A DNA stretch of 64,000 nt. Origin: Flavobacteriales bacterium (GTDB lineage Bacteria > Bacteroidota > Bacteroidia > Flavobacteriales_D > CAJJDF01). Below, in pieces: positions 1 through 8,567 of this stretch. The notes beneath the pieces are model-generated. The model was not told the DNA's origin, searched no databases, and saw nothing but the letters and a program-made list of their open reading frames with translations. Within the stretch, counting starts at the first letter, position 1. Each line of letters starts with the position of its first letter. The translations under genes were made by a program, and so were the position numbers. Where the stretch lies: contig CBFHVI010000007.1 of assembly GCA_965658995.1 (NCBI GenBank), forward strand, positions 24,848 to 88,847, read 5' to 3'.

Positions 1-1
1 T

Positions 2-286
2 ACAGAGCCTAAAGAAGAAGTAAGAGAGGAGATTAGCCGGGGGCAGCTTCAAGAATTGTCAGCTGAAAGAGAGGAAAGGATAAAGGAGTTGAGCTTGAAG
101 CTGAGAACACCATTTGGACTTACTGAGCTTGAAAGTGAACCAGCTTACATCAGAAGACAAATAAAATTGGAAGACACTCCACATTCATCGGAGAACAATG
201 TCTCAAGATTTACCTTGTCTGACGAAGAAGGAAAAGGAAATTCCATTAAAGGAAACAACTCTTTTTTGCATGACAATGTGGATTAA
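2..286 (+). CDS. ftsZ: Cell division protein FtsZ, C-terminal end (5-prime part lies outside the window)
   Basis: Frame is open from the window edge. The tail ...EPAYIRRQIKLEDTPHSSENNVSRFTLS...NNSFLHDNVD matches the Bacteroidota FtsZ C-terminal linker and terminal peptide as I remember it. Confidence 0.75.
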   Translation, partial: TEPKEEVREEISRGQLQELSAEREERIKELSLKLRTPFGLTELESEPAYIRRQIKLEDTPHSSENNVSRFTLSDEEGKGNSIKGNNSFLHDNVD

Positions 287-328
287 ATGAGTGTAAAGTC
301 GTAAGTAAAAAGTCTTCAGTATTTAAAT

Positions 329-336
329 TACCTTTG
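329..336 (+). promoter_or_regulatory. Bacteroidota -7 promoter box TACCTTTG (TAnnTTTG)
   Basis: Exact TAnnTTTG match 45 nt upstream of the ATG at 381. Confidence 0.4.
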
Positions 337-380
337 TAATTCATAGTGAAGACGAACGACCAACTACTAAAAAGAAAACA

Positions 381-830
381 ATGAGTTTAACAGAAAAAAT
401 AAATACCGATATCAAAGAAGCTATGAAAGCTCGAGATAAAGAAAAATTAGACGCCTTGCGAGCCATAAAGTCTGCCTTAATGATGGAGGCTACCAAAGAC
501 GGTAGTGGAGAAGTGAGCGAAGAGGTTGAAATGAAAATACTTCAGAAGCTACACAAACAAAGAAAAGATGCTGCTGCTCTGTATCAAGAGCAAGGAAGAG
601 AAGATTTGGTGCATGACGAGGTGTTTCAGGCAGAGATTATTGAAGCCTACTTGCCTGCTCAAATGAGCGAAGAGGAGATAAGGGTGGTAGTGAAAGAGAT
701 AATTGCTAAAACAGGCGCTTCTTCTTCCGCAGATATGGGAAAAGTAATGGGTGCTGCTATGGGGCAGCTATCGGGAAAAGCTGACGGTAAAATTATTTCA
801 AAATTGGTGAAAGAGAACCTGAATAATTAA
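381..830 (+). CDS. GatB/YqeY domain-containing protein
   Basis: 149 aa. N-terminus MSLTEKINTDIKEAMKARDKEKLDALRAIKSAL and the C-terminal MGKVMGAAMGQLSGKADGK are typical of YqeY-like proteins. Confidence 0.85.
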   Translation: MSLTEKINTDIKEAMKARDKEKLDALRAIKSALMMEATKDGSGEVSEEVEMKILQKLHKQRKDAAALYQEQGREDLVHDEVFQAEIIEAYLPAQMSEEEIRVVVKEIIAKTGASSSADMGKVMGAAMGQLSGKADGKIISKLVKENLNN

Positions 831-857
831 GGCAAACTTATTGTTGTTATAACTTAA

Positions 858-896
858 AATCCCCTTCCGTTTGTTGTTCGGAAGGGGATTTTTTTG
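858..896. terminator. Bidirectional rho-independent terminator
   Basis: Stem ccccttccg / cggaagggg (861-869 / 879-887) flanked by an A-run and a T-run. It lies between convergent genes ending at 830 and 933. Confidence 0.8.
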
Positions 897-932
897 GTAA
901 AGGAAAAAAAATGAAAGAAGAATTATTGAGGA

Positions 933-1574
933 TTATTTCTCGTAATATACTTTTAGTTTTGCTTCATTTGTTTTTAAGTCCATACTCATAATTTTGACTG
1001 ATTCTACTTTTAATCCTGTGGTTGAACCAATGTCGTTTTTCAATGCTTCGTAATTTTCCGTACTCAAATTTTTCAAATTTCCATAAGTCAATTCAAAATT
1101 AGCAGTGCGTTTGGCACTCTCTTTTTGTTGAAGAAGTTTCTCTCCTATTGCTGTTAAAGAAATAAATGCTAGGTTAATAAAGCCAATTTCGTACAAGCTC
1201 ATTTTTTTCGAAAAAGCATTAATCATTGATACTCCAATAAAGACAAAAAGATAGGCCATTTCTTTCAAAGAGATGGTGTCTGTTCTAAATCGGATAACCC
1301 CCAGCAACGCAAACAAACCTATTGCTACTCCTGTATTGAACTTAAATGCTTTTAAAGCAAAGCACAAAAAGAAAATTACGCTACTCACCACCATGTAGGC
1401 AAAAATGAATTCTCGTTTTTTATTATTGAAGGGGTAATAGATAAATCGAGCTAGTAATAGCGTGCTCAAAAAATTGAGGCCAAAAAGAACCAATAGTTTA
1501 TAGAAGTCATTGTCAAATACTTCTATCCCAAATACTTCTTTAGAGCTTAAAAATAAGGTGTGAAATGTGTTCAT
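933..1574 (-). CDS. DUF4956 domain-containing membrane protein
   Basis: 213 aa with several hydrophobic helices. The motif GLFALLGVIRFRT resembles the DUF4956 signature. Confidence 0.6.
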   Translation of the reverse strand: MNTFHTLFLSSKEVFGIEVFDNDFYKLLVLFGLNFLSTLLLARFIYYPFNNKKREFIFAYMVVSSVIFFLCFALKAFKFNTGVAIGLFALLGVIRFRTDTISLKEMAYLFVFIGVSMINAFSKKMSLYEIGFINLAFISLTAIGEKLLQQKESAKRTANFELTYGNLKNLSTENYEALKNDIGSTTGLKVESVKIMSMDLKTNEAKLKVYYEK

Positions 1575-1639
1575 AATGTTCGTTCATATTGATTATAAAA
1601 ATTAATTCGAAAAATCCTTCTTTTGATAGCACAAAAAAA

Positions 1640-2398
1640 TTAATTGAGTTTACCTCGCAATTGCTTCATAAATTCTGAGGCATAAACAAAATCTCCGATT
1701 TCTTTATTGTCCGTTGTTACAATTGAGTGCTTGTCCCCAGTCCACCAGTTTTCTCCTTTATGTATGTAGAGAATGTTCTCACCAATTTCCATTACAGAGT
1801 TCATGTCGTGAGTGATAACTACCGTAGTCATGCTGTATTCTTTGGTCAAATCGTGAATCAAATTATCGATTACAATGGATGTTTTGGGATCTAAACCAGA
1901 GTTGGGTTCATCGCAGAATAAGTATTTTGGATTCAGAGCGATGGCCCTTGCAATAGCTACTCTTTTTTGCATTCCTCCACTTATCTCTGAAGGGTAGAGG
2001 TGGTTTTTGTTTTCGAGTTGCACTCTTTTTAAACAAAAATTTACTCGGTCAAGCATTTCCTCTGTACTCATATCAGAAAACATGATTAGAGGAAACATTA
2101 CATTTTCTTCCACACTGTATGAATCGAAGAGGGCGCTACCTTGAAAAAGCATTCCAATTTGTGAGCGAATTGCTTTTCGCTCCGATTTGGTCATACCAGA
2201 AAAATTTTGACCGCCATAGATGACTTTGCCACTATCAACCTCATACAAACCGACAATACACTTTGTTAGTACAGATTTACCAGAACCGCTTTGTCCTATG
2301 ATCAAATTCGTTTTCCCTTGTTCAAACTCAAAGTTTATTCCTTTTAGAATTTTTGTACCGTTAAATCCTTTTTCTATGTTATTTACAATAATACTCAT
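1640..2398 (-). CDS. ABC transporter ATP-binding protein (MlaF-like)
   Basis: Walker A GQSGSGKS, signature SGGMQKRVAIARA and Walker B LFCDEP. Adjacent to an MlaE-type permease with a 2-nt gap. Confidence 0.9.
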   Translation of the reverse strand: MSIIVNNIEKGFNGTKILKGINFEFEQGKTNLIIGQSGSGKSVLTKCIVGLYEVDSGKVIYGGQNFSGMTKSERKAIRSQIGMLFQGSALFDSYSVEENVMFPLIMFSDMSTEEMLDRVNFCLKRVQLENKNHLYPSEISGGMQKRVAIARAIALNPKYLFCDEPNSGLDPKTSIVIDNLIHDLTKEYSMTTVVITHDMNSVMEIGENILYIHKGENWWTGDKHSIVTTDNKEIGDFVYASEFMKQLRGKLN

Positions 2399-2400
2399 GG

Positions 2401-3147
2401 TTATAACAATAAGAAGTAAGTGATTATAAGATTGATAAGGAGAATAATCATACTACTCGCCACAACCGATTTAGTTCCAGATTTACCTACTTCTAAAGCT
2501 CCGCCACTTGGATTTACGTAATATCCAAAATAAGAAGGGATGGTAGCAATAAAAAAGGCAAAAAAAGTGGTTTTAATCAAAGAATAGGTAATACTAAAGG
2601 GTTCGAAATAGTACTGAAGTCCCATAATATATTTTTCAAGAGTAATAATTCCTGCTTGAGTTCCAATTAATCCACCACCAATCAGCCCTAAGCCCATACT
2701 TAGCAATACGATAAAGGGAAATATAAACAACGAAGCTAAGATTTTGGGGAGTACTAAGTGGTTTATGGAGTTTACTCCCATTACTTCTAGGGCATCAATT
2801 TGTTCTGTCAGTCTCATAGTGCCAATTTCGGAGGCAATATTGGAACCCACTTTCCCAGCCAAAATCAGGCAAATCATGGTGGATGAAAATTCTAGAATCA
2901 TGGATTGACGGGTGGCAAAACCAACGGTGTAGGCAGGAATTAAGACAGAATCGATATTTGAAGCTGTTTGAATTACCATAACCGCGCCCATGAAAAGAGA
3001 AAGTAAAGCCACGATACTCAATGAACTTATTCCGATTGAGTGAACCTCATGGATGAAGTTTTTACCAAGCACTTTCCATTTTTCAGGTTTTTTGAAAGCT
3101 GCGGCAATCATTAAAATAAATCTTCCTATGTGCTCAAATAAATTCAA
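2401..3147 (-). CDS. MlaE-family ABC transporter permease
   Basis: 248 aa polytopic protein. The motif EIGTMRLTEQIDALEVMGVN is typical of MlaE/Ttg2B permeases. Confidence 0.85.
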   Translation of the reverse strand: MNLFEHIGRFILMIAAAFKKPEKWKVLGKNFIHEVHSIGISSLSIVALLSLFMGAVMVIQTASNIDSVLIPAYTVGFATRQSMILEFSSTMICLILAGKVGSNIASEIGTMRLTEQIDALEVMGVNSINHLVLPKILASLFIFPFIVLLSMGLGLIGGGLIGTQAGIITLEKYIMGLQYYFEPFSITYSLIKTTFFAFFIATIPSYFGYYVNPSGGALEVGKSGTKSVVASSMIILLINLIITYFLLL

Positions 3148-3267
3148 ATTTCTTACTTTTAAAGTACTAAAATAAGGGTTATTTTAGTTTCTATCAAAAT
3201 AGCCTAAGTCTTTTTAACCGATACTTATAATCACAAAAAGTTTAAAAGTCAAAATACCGTCCTGTAA

Positions 3268-3399
3268 ATGAAACGAAATCAGTATTTATCTATTGCAGTC
3301 ATTCTGCTGTGCTTGGCTCTATCCAATTCTTGTGCAACTAAAAAGAAAAAGAAGAAATGTGATACATGTCCCACGTGGGGCTATGTGAGTCCAGAATAG
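3268..3399 (+). CDS. Candidate 43-aa lipoprotein (below the ORF-track cutoff)
   Basis: ATG at 3268 to TAG at 3397-3399 gives MKRNQYLSIAVILLCLALSNSCATKKKKKKCDTCPTWGYVSPE. It has a basic N-terminus, a hydrophobic core, a lipobox-like LSNSC, and a Lys-run plus CxxC tail. I found no convincing -7 box upstream. Confidence 0.45.
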   Translation: MKRNQYLSIAVILLCLALSNSCATKKKKKKCDTCPTWGYVSPE

Positions 3400-3571
3400 T
3401 TTAGTGTCAACGAAAAAGTATGGTAAGGACTAGATCCTTATAATTTAGGAATAAAAAATTATCCTTCAATGAATTAATGAGTAAGGGATCAAATTTTTAT
3501 TAAAATTAAATAAAGAAGGGTTTAAGGGGATAATTAATTCATAATTCGTAATTTATCGTTCGTAATTCTGT

Positions 3572-3579
3572 TAGTTTTG
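3572..3579 (+). promoter_or_regulatory. -7 promoter box TAGTTTTG
   Basis: Exact TAnnTTTG match 18 nt upstream of the obg GTG start. Confidence 0.4.
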
Positions 3580-3596
3580 TAAAAAATCAACAAAGA

Positions 3597-4592
3597 GTGT
3601 CAAAATCCAATTTCATAGATTACGTAAAAATTTGCTGCCGTTCAGGAAAAGGTGGGGCAGGAAGTTCACATTTTTACAGAGACAAGATTACTGCCAAGGG
3701 AGGTCCCGATGGTGGAGATGGTGGGAGAGGTGGACACGTCATTTTACGTGGTAACAGCCAGTTGTGGACGCTACTTCATCTAAAGTTTCAGCGGCACATC
3801 ATTGCAGGACATGGCGATGTTGGGCGAGGACAGCATCAAACTGGAGCTGAGGGCGAGGATAAAATCGTAGAAGTTCCGTTGGGAACACTTGTAAAAGATC
3901 CAGAAACTGAAAAAGTGTTGTTCGAAATTACCGAAGACGGACAAGAGGTGATTTTAACAAAAGGAGGAAAAGGTGGAAGAGGAAATGATCATTTCAAATC
4001 TTCTACTAATCAAGCACCGCGTTATTCTCAACCAGGAGAACCAGGAAAAGAAGAGTGGAAAATCCTAGAGTTAAAAGTATTGGCAGATGTTGGTTTGGTT
4101 GGGTTTCCTAATGCCGGAAAATCTACTTTGCTTTCTGTGGTATCAGCGGCCAAGCCCGAAATTGCTGATTATCCATTTACCACTTTAGTACCCAATCTCG
4201 GAATTGTGAAATATAGAGGGTATAAGTCTTTTGTCATGGCAGACATTCCAGGAATTATTGAGGGGGCAAACGAAGGAAAAGGTTTGGGTCATAGGTTTTT
4301 GCGTCACATTGAAAGAAATGCCTTACTACTTTTTATGGTTCCTGCCGATAGTGACGATATCAAAAAAGAATTCGATATTTTAATCAATGAAGTAGGGACT
4401 TACAACCCAGAATTATTGGACAAAGACAGAGTACTTGCCATAACTAAGTGCGATATGCTGGATGAAGAACTCACCCAAGAAATAAAAGCCGATTTACCGG
4501 AAGGTATCGAAACAATTTTTATCTCATCAGTTGCTCAGCAAGGAATTACAGAACTGAAAGATTTGTTGTGGGAGTATATTTCCCACCCCTAA
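3597..4592 (+). CDS. obg: GTPase Obg/CgtA
   Basis: N-terminal Obg fold [25 protein letters not shown]...[12 protein letters not shown] and G-domain GFPNAGKST...DIPGIIEGA...TKCD. GTG start. The last codons and stop (SHP*) lie inside repeat copy A. Confidence 0.95.
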   Translation: MSKSNFIDYVKICCRSGKGGAGSSHFYRDKITAKGGPDGGDGGRGGHVILRGNSQLWTLLHLKFQRHIIAGHGDVGRGQHQTGAEGEDKIVEVPLGTLVKDPETEKVLFEITEDGQEVILTKGGKGGRGNDHFKSSTNQAPRYSQPGEPGKEEWKILELKVLADVGLVGFPNAGKSTLLSVVSAAKPEIADYPFTTLVPNLGIVKYRGYKSFVMADIPGIIEGANEGKGLGHRFLRHIERNALLLFMVPADSDDIKKEFDILINEVGTYNPELLDKDRVLAITKCDMLDEELTQEIKADLPEGIETIFISSVAQQGITELKDLLWEYISHP

Positions 4593-4616
4593 CTCTTCTC
4601 AAAGGGAAGAGAGCTC
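4581..4616 (+). repeat. Family-1 REP-like repeat, copy A
   Basis: tcccacccctaactcttctcaaagggaagagagctc. Shares the core CCCAyCyCTAaCtCTTCCCAAAGGGAAG with copies at 4691, 8467, 8529 and 8786, and has an internal hairpin cttctc-aaa-gggaag. It overlaps the obg stop codon. Confidence 0.7.
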
Positions 4617-4690
4617 ATCATTCTTTGCAAACCGATAAATTAAAAATCAGTTGAAATAAAAAAAGAATCTTATTTTACAGTAACACGAAG

Positions 4691-4724
4691 CTATTCCCTT
4701 CCCTTTGGGAAGGATAATATGGTA
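4691..4724 (-). repeat. Family-1 REP-like repeat, copy B (inverted partner of A)
   Basis: The reverse complement reads taccatattatccttcccaaagggaagggaatag. With copy A it forms a 144-bp inverted pair. Confidence 0.65.
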
Positions 4725-4735
4725 AAACCAGATCA

Positions 4736-5083
4736 ATGAAAAAAGCCTATTACCTCTCTACATGCGATACATGCAAACGAATTCTGAAAGAATTGAATCT
4801 TTCGCCCAACTGGAAATTGCAAGATATCAAGACTGAAAAAATTACTCTTGAACAACTGGAAGAAATGCGAAACCTAACAGATAGCTACGAGAGTTTATTG
4901 AACAAAAGAGCCAGAAAACTATCCGAATACAAAGGGCAAGAGTTAAGTGAAGAAAAACTAAAATATATGATTTTGGAAGAGTACACACTCCTTAAAAGAC
5001 CTGTTTTTATTTGTAACAACGAGATATTTATTGGGAATGCTAAGAAAACCATTGAATCACTTAAAACAAAACTAGGTGCCTAA
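4736..5083 (+). CDS. ArsC/Spx/MgsR-family (arsenate reductase-like) protein
   Basis: 115 aa. N-terminal YYLSTCDTCKR and C-terminal LLKRPV motifs are typical of the ArsC/YffB family. Confidence 0.75.
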   Translation: MKKAYYLSTCDTCKRILKELNLSPNWKLQDIKTEKITLEQLEEMRNLTDSYESLLNKRARKLSEYKGQELSEEKLKYMILEEYTLLKRPVFICNNEIFIGNAKKTIESLKTKLGA

Positions 5084-5978
5084 AAACTTACTCGCACACC
5101 TAGCATTGTTGGCTGTAAATTTAATTTACGGCAGTAGCCATTTCATTGCCAAGGAGGTGATGCCTGACTATTTAAAACCCAACACGTTTATTTTGTTTCG
5201 AGTGTTTGGGGCAAGCTTGCTATTTTGGAGTTTGAGATATTTTATTCGTGAAAAAGTAGACAGAAAGGACCTTTGGAGGATCGCATTAGTAGGATTATTT
5301 GGGGTAGCCTTGAATCAATTACTCTTTTTTCAGGGATTGAGTATCACTTCTCCCATAGATTCAGCGATAATTATGGTTACTTCGCCAGTAATTGTGACAC
5401 TTCTGTCGTTACTCATTCTCGAAACAAAACTAACCGCAAACAAAGTAATTGGAATTACATTAGGATTAGTTGGAGCCATTGTACTTATTTCTTTGAGTGG
5501 AGGGACAAATACTGGATCTTCCATGAAAGGGAACTTACTGATTATGGCTAATGCCACCAGTTATTCCTTGTATCTTGTTTTAGTCAAACCTTTACTTGCT
5601 AAGTACAAGCCGCTAACGGTTATTAGCTACATGTTTGTTTTTGCCTTCTTTATTGTACTTCCTTTTGGTTTTTCAGATATTCAAGATGTTAGTTTAAGTT
5701 TCCCAACCGTGGTATTATTTTCAATTGGTTTTATTATATTTTTCACCACTTTTTGTACTTATTTGTTCAATATTTATGCAGTAAAAAAACTATCGCCCAC
5801 CATTGCCAGCAGTTACATCTACCTTCAGCCGGTGTTTGCCATGGTTATTGGATTTGTAATTAGTTTGACAGATGGTACAAGTAATTCTGCTTCGGCAATT
5901 ACTTGGCCTAAATTATTTTGTACGCTTCTTATTTTTCTGGGAGTATATTTAACGAGTAAAAGTAAAAAGCTAACCTAG
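5076..5978 (+). CDS. EamA/DMT-family transporter
   Basis: 300 aa with about 10 hydrophobic helices in two repeated halves. GTG start overlaps the upstream gene by 8 nt. Confidence 0.8.
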   Translation: MPKNLLAHLALLAVNLIYGSSHFIAKEVMPDYLKPNTFILFRVFGASLLFWSLRYFIREKVDRKDLWRIALVGLFGVALNQLLFFQGLSITSPIDSAIIMVTSPVIVTLLSLLILETKLTANKVIGITLGLVGAIVLISLSGGTNTGSSMKGNLLIMANATSYSLYLVLVKPLLAKYKPLTVISYMFVFAFFIVLPFGFSDIQDVSLSFPTVVLFSIGFIIFFTTFCTYLFNIYAVKKLSPTIASSYIYLQPVFAMVIGFVISLTDGTSNSASAITWPKLFCTLLIFLGVYLTSKSKKLT

Positions 5979-6061
5979 GATTTTTACCATAAACCATTGT
6001 CCTTTTGTATTCCAATAAAAAAAAGGAAAAAACTCCCTCAAACAAATAGAACAATAAACCT

Positions 6062-6069
6062 TACCTTTG
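6062..6069 (+). promoter_or_regulatory. -7 promoter box TACCTTTG
   Basis: Exact TAnnTTTG match 21 nt upstream of the ATG at 6090. It lies inside the longer ORF-track reading (5997), which argues for the shorter start. Confidence 0.45.
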
Positions 6070-6089
6070 CTACACAAAAACCACTCCCT

Positions 6090-6965
6090 ATGATTCAATC
6101 CATGACAGGTTACGGAAAAGCGACCGGAACATACAACGAAAAAAAAATAAGCATCGAAATCAAATCGCTCAATAGCAAGTACTTTGATTTGAACATGCGT
6201 ATGCCTGGGTTTTATCGTGAAAATGAATTGACCTTGAATAAAAAACTTTCGAAATTGATTGTGAGAGGAAAAGTGGATTTTGGAATCTACGTGGAGTTGC
6301 CACCAAAAAGCAATTCGGCAAAAATAAACCACGAAGTAGTGACTACGTATTTCAATGATTTAAAATCACTTTCTAATTCGTTGGGCGTAGACAATGATGC
6401 AAAATTAATGGAGCTAGCCATGAAAATGCCAGAAGTATATAGCCAAGAAAAAGAGGAGCTAGATCCTGAGGAATGGAAAGCTGTGGAGGGAATGATAGAA
6501 GAAGCTGTGGTAAACTTTCAGGAGTTTAGAAAAAGAGAAGGCGAGGTGCTGCACCAAGAATTTACCCAAAATATCAACCGAATAGCGGACCTACTCACCG
6601 AAGTAGAAAAATACGAAGGCGAACGAATAGAAACGGTAAAAGCTAGGCTCAAATCCAACCTGGAAGAAAAACTCGAGAGTCCTCAAATAGACAACAATAG
6701 ATTTGAGCAAGAATTGATCTATTTTATCGAAAAATATGACGTTACCGAAGAAAAAGTGAGACTTTCGGGGCATTTGTCCTACTTTTTGGATGTAATGAAA
6801 AACGAAGAATCCGCAGGAAAAAAACTCGGTTTTATCGCTCAAGAAATAGGAAGAGAAGTAAACACCCTAGGCTCCAAAGCCAACCACCAAGAGATTCAGA
6901 AAATTGTAGTGGAAATGAAAGACCAACTGGAGAAAATTAAAGAGCAGGTTTTGAATACGCTTTAG
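6090..6965 (+). CDS. yicC: YicC-family stress-induced protein
   Basis: MIQSMTGYGKA start is typical of YicC, as is the C-terminal GRKLGFIAQEIGREVNTLGSKAN motif. 291 aa from the ATG at 6090. Confidence 0.9.
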   Translation: MIQSMTGYGKATGTYNEKKISIEIKSLNSKYFDLNMRMPGFYRENELTLNKKLSKLIVRGKVDFGIYVELPPKSNSAKINHEVVTTYFNDLKSLSNSLGVDNDAKLMELAMKMPEVYSQEKEELDPEEWKAVEGMIEEAVVNFQEFRKREGEVLHQEFTQNINRIADLLTEVEKYEGERIETVKARLKSNLEEKLESPQIDNNRFEQELIYFIEKYDVTEEKVRLSGHLSYFLDVMKNEESAGKKLGFIAQEIGREVNTLGSKANHQEIQKIVVEMKDQLEKIKEQVLNTL

Positions 6966-8446
6966 TCGAGCTTCTTCAAAAACTCCTCCGCCACTTCCAA
7001 ATGCCCATTTCTCTTTTCGGGAGTTTGGTTGTCAAAGTTCCTTACCAACATTCCTAATCTTGGGTTGTTTACAAAAAAATTTCGGTGAACGTGCATAAAT
7101 CGCCAAAACAAGCCATCCCAAGTGGTTTGCCACTCGCCCGATTTTTTGTAATTGCTCATTTTGTTGAGGTAGTTGCTTCCGCTTATGTACGGTTTGGTAG
7201 CAAAAAATCCACCGTCTGCAAATTGGCTCATTCCATAAACATTGGGCACCATCACCCAATCGTACGAATCGATGAATAATTCCATAAACCATTGGTACAC
7301 TTCATCGGGATCGAATTCACAAAGGAGCATAAAATTTCCCAAAATCATGAGTCGCTCAATGTGGTGGCAATAGCCAGTTTTGAGCACCTTTTTTATCGTG
7401 TTGTCCACAGGTACAATTCCCGTGGTCCCATCGTAAAACGAAGCAGGGATTTTTCGGGTAAAGCCCCAGTAGTTTTTGATTCTAGATTCTCGTCCTTTGG
7501 CTTCGTACATTCCTCTGATAAATTCTCGCCAGCCCATTATTTGCCTTACAAATCCTTCGAGAGAATTTAAGGGGACGTTATGTTTCTTGGCAAAATCAAT
7601 GGCTCTATCAATGATGTATTTAGGTTGAATAATCCCAACATTTAGCATGGGAGTGAGCATGCTATGATTCAAGAAAATTTCTTCCTTTACAATCGCATCT
7701 TCGTAATCGCCAAACTCGTGAAATCGTGTTTCCAAAAACTGGTTGAGCCATGTTTCTGTCTGCTCAAAAGTGACCGGATAAAACGTGTCGTTGTTTAGTT
7801 CTCCGTAATTTTCACTAAAGTTGTTTTCCACGTATTCTTTGGCTTCTTTATGAAATTCGGTTGCTTCGGGAAAGTGAATGGCTGGCGGAGTTTTTTTGGC
7901 TGGATATTTCTTCCTATTGTCCGAGTCGTAAGTTAATTTTCCACCTACAGGATTGCCGTTTTCATCCATCAAAATATTGAGTCTTGCCCGTTCACTTTTG
8001 TAAAAACTTGTTTGAAAAAACTTCTTTTTGGTAGGTTTAAAAAAACTACTCAAGTCTTCTTTAGAATTGATAAACAAAAAGCTTTCGAGTTCGGTTTTTT
8101 GGATGTTGTATTTATTTAATCCTTCTGTTAATCGTTGTTCTAGGTAATAATCGGTAGGATTTCGGTACGTGATTTTTTCAATCCCTTTGTTTGCAAAGTA
8201 TGGAATCAAGTTTCGGATATCCGAAAGCTCATTTTTGGCTTCAATGTAGTGTACTTCAAATCCTTGTTGTGTCAAATACCGCTCGTAAAACTTCATGGTA
8301 GCTCTATGGAACGCAATTTTTTGTTTATGAAATTTACACTGATTAAAAAATAAATATTCCTCAATTAAATAGAAAGGTGCTCCATTTTCAAAAAGAGACA
8401 AGTCTTGGTGTAATTGGTGAGGGAAAACTAAATTGGCTTGGTTCAT
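6962..8446 (-). CDS. Cryptochrome/photolyase-family protein, COG3046 (photolyase-related) type
   Basis: 494 aa. Motifs GWREFIRGMY, GYCHHIERLMILGNF, DWVMVPNVYGMSQFADGG and KPYISGSNY are typical of the photolyase-related/FeS-BCP branch. Confidence 0.8.
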   Translation of the reverse strand: MNQANLVFPHQLHQDLSLFENGAPFYLIEEYLFFNQCKFHKQKIAFHRATMKFYERYLTQQGFEVHYIEAKNELSDIRNLIPYFANKGIEKITYRNPTDYYLEQRLTEGLNKYNIQKTELESFLFINSKEDLSSFFKPTKKKFFQTSFYKSERARLNILMDENGNPVGGKLTYDSDNRKKYPAKKTPPAIHFPEATEFHKEAKEYVENNFSENYGELNNDTFYPVTFEQTETWLNQFLETRFHEFGDYEDAIVKEEIFLNHSMLTPMLNVGIIQPKYIIDRAIDFAKKHNVPLNSLEGFVRQIMGWREFIRGMYEAKGRESRIKNYWGFTRKIPASFYDGTTGIVPVDNTIKKVLKTGYCHHIERLMILGNFMLLCEFDPDEVYQWFMELFIDSYDWVMVPNVYGMSQFADGGFFATKPYISGSNYLNKMSNYKKSGEWQTTWDGLFWRFMHVHRNFFVNNPRLGMLVRNFDNQTPEKRNGHLEVAEEFLKKLD

Positions 8447-8466
8447 ATTGGTTTTTATTAAGTTAT

Positions 8467-8501
8467 CTCATCCTAATCCCTAATTCTCGGGAGAAGGAAC
8501 T
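8467..8501 (+). repeat. Family-1 REP-like repeat, copy E (degenerate)
   Basis: tctcatcctaatccctaattctcgggagaaggaac. Inverted relative to copy C 28 nt away. Confidence 0.5.
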
Positions 8502-8528
8502 TTAAATTCTCTAAAGTATATCACGAGA

Positions 8529-8567
8529 ATATTCCCTTACCTTTGGGAAAGGCTAGGGATGGGAGTT
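8529..8567 (-). repeat. Family-1 REP-like repeat, copy C
   Basis: The reverse complement reads ctcccatccctagcctttcccaaaggtaagggaatat. It overlaps the stop codon of the DUF2256 CDS. Confidence 0.7.

Noticed and set aside
3536-3570. Degenerate tandem AATTCRTAATT motifs (taattcataattcgtaatttatcgttcgtaattctg) upstream of the obg promoter box.
   Set aside because: It is very short, AT-rich and imperfect. It may be part of the promoter-upstream region, and I cannot distinguish it from background low-GC sequence.
5997-6089. N-terminal extension of yicC in the ORF track. Similar extensions occur at 47142-47192 (lpdA), 34295-34315 (E1) and 25430-25459 (prfA).
   Set aside because: The conserved protein N-termini begin at the internal ATGs. 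For yicC and E1 an exact TAnnTTTG box lies inside the extension, and for prfA a near-match (TAGTTTTTG) does. The E1 and prfA extensions also use non-ATG starts (TTG).
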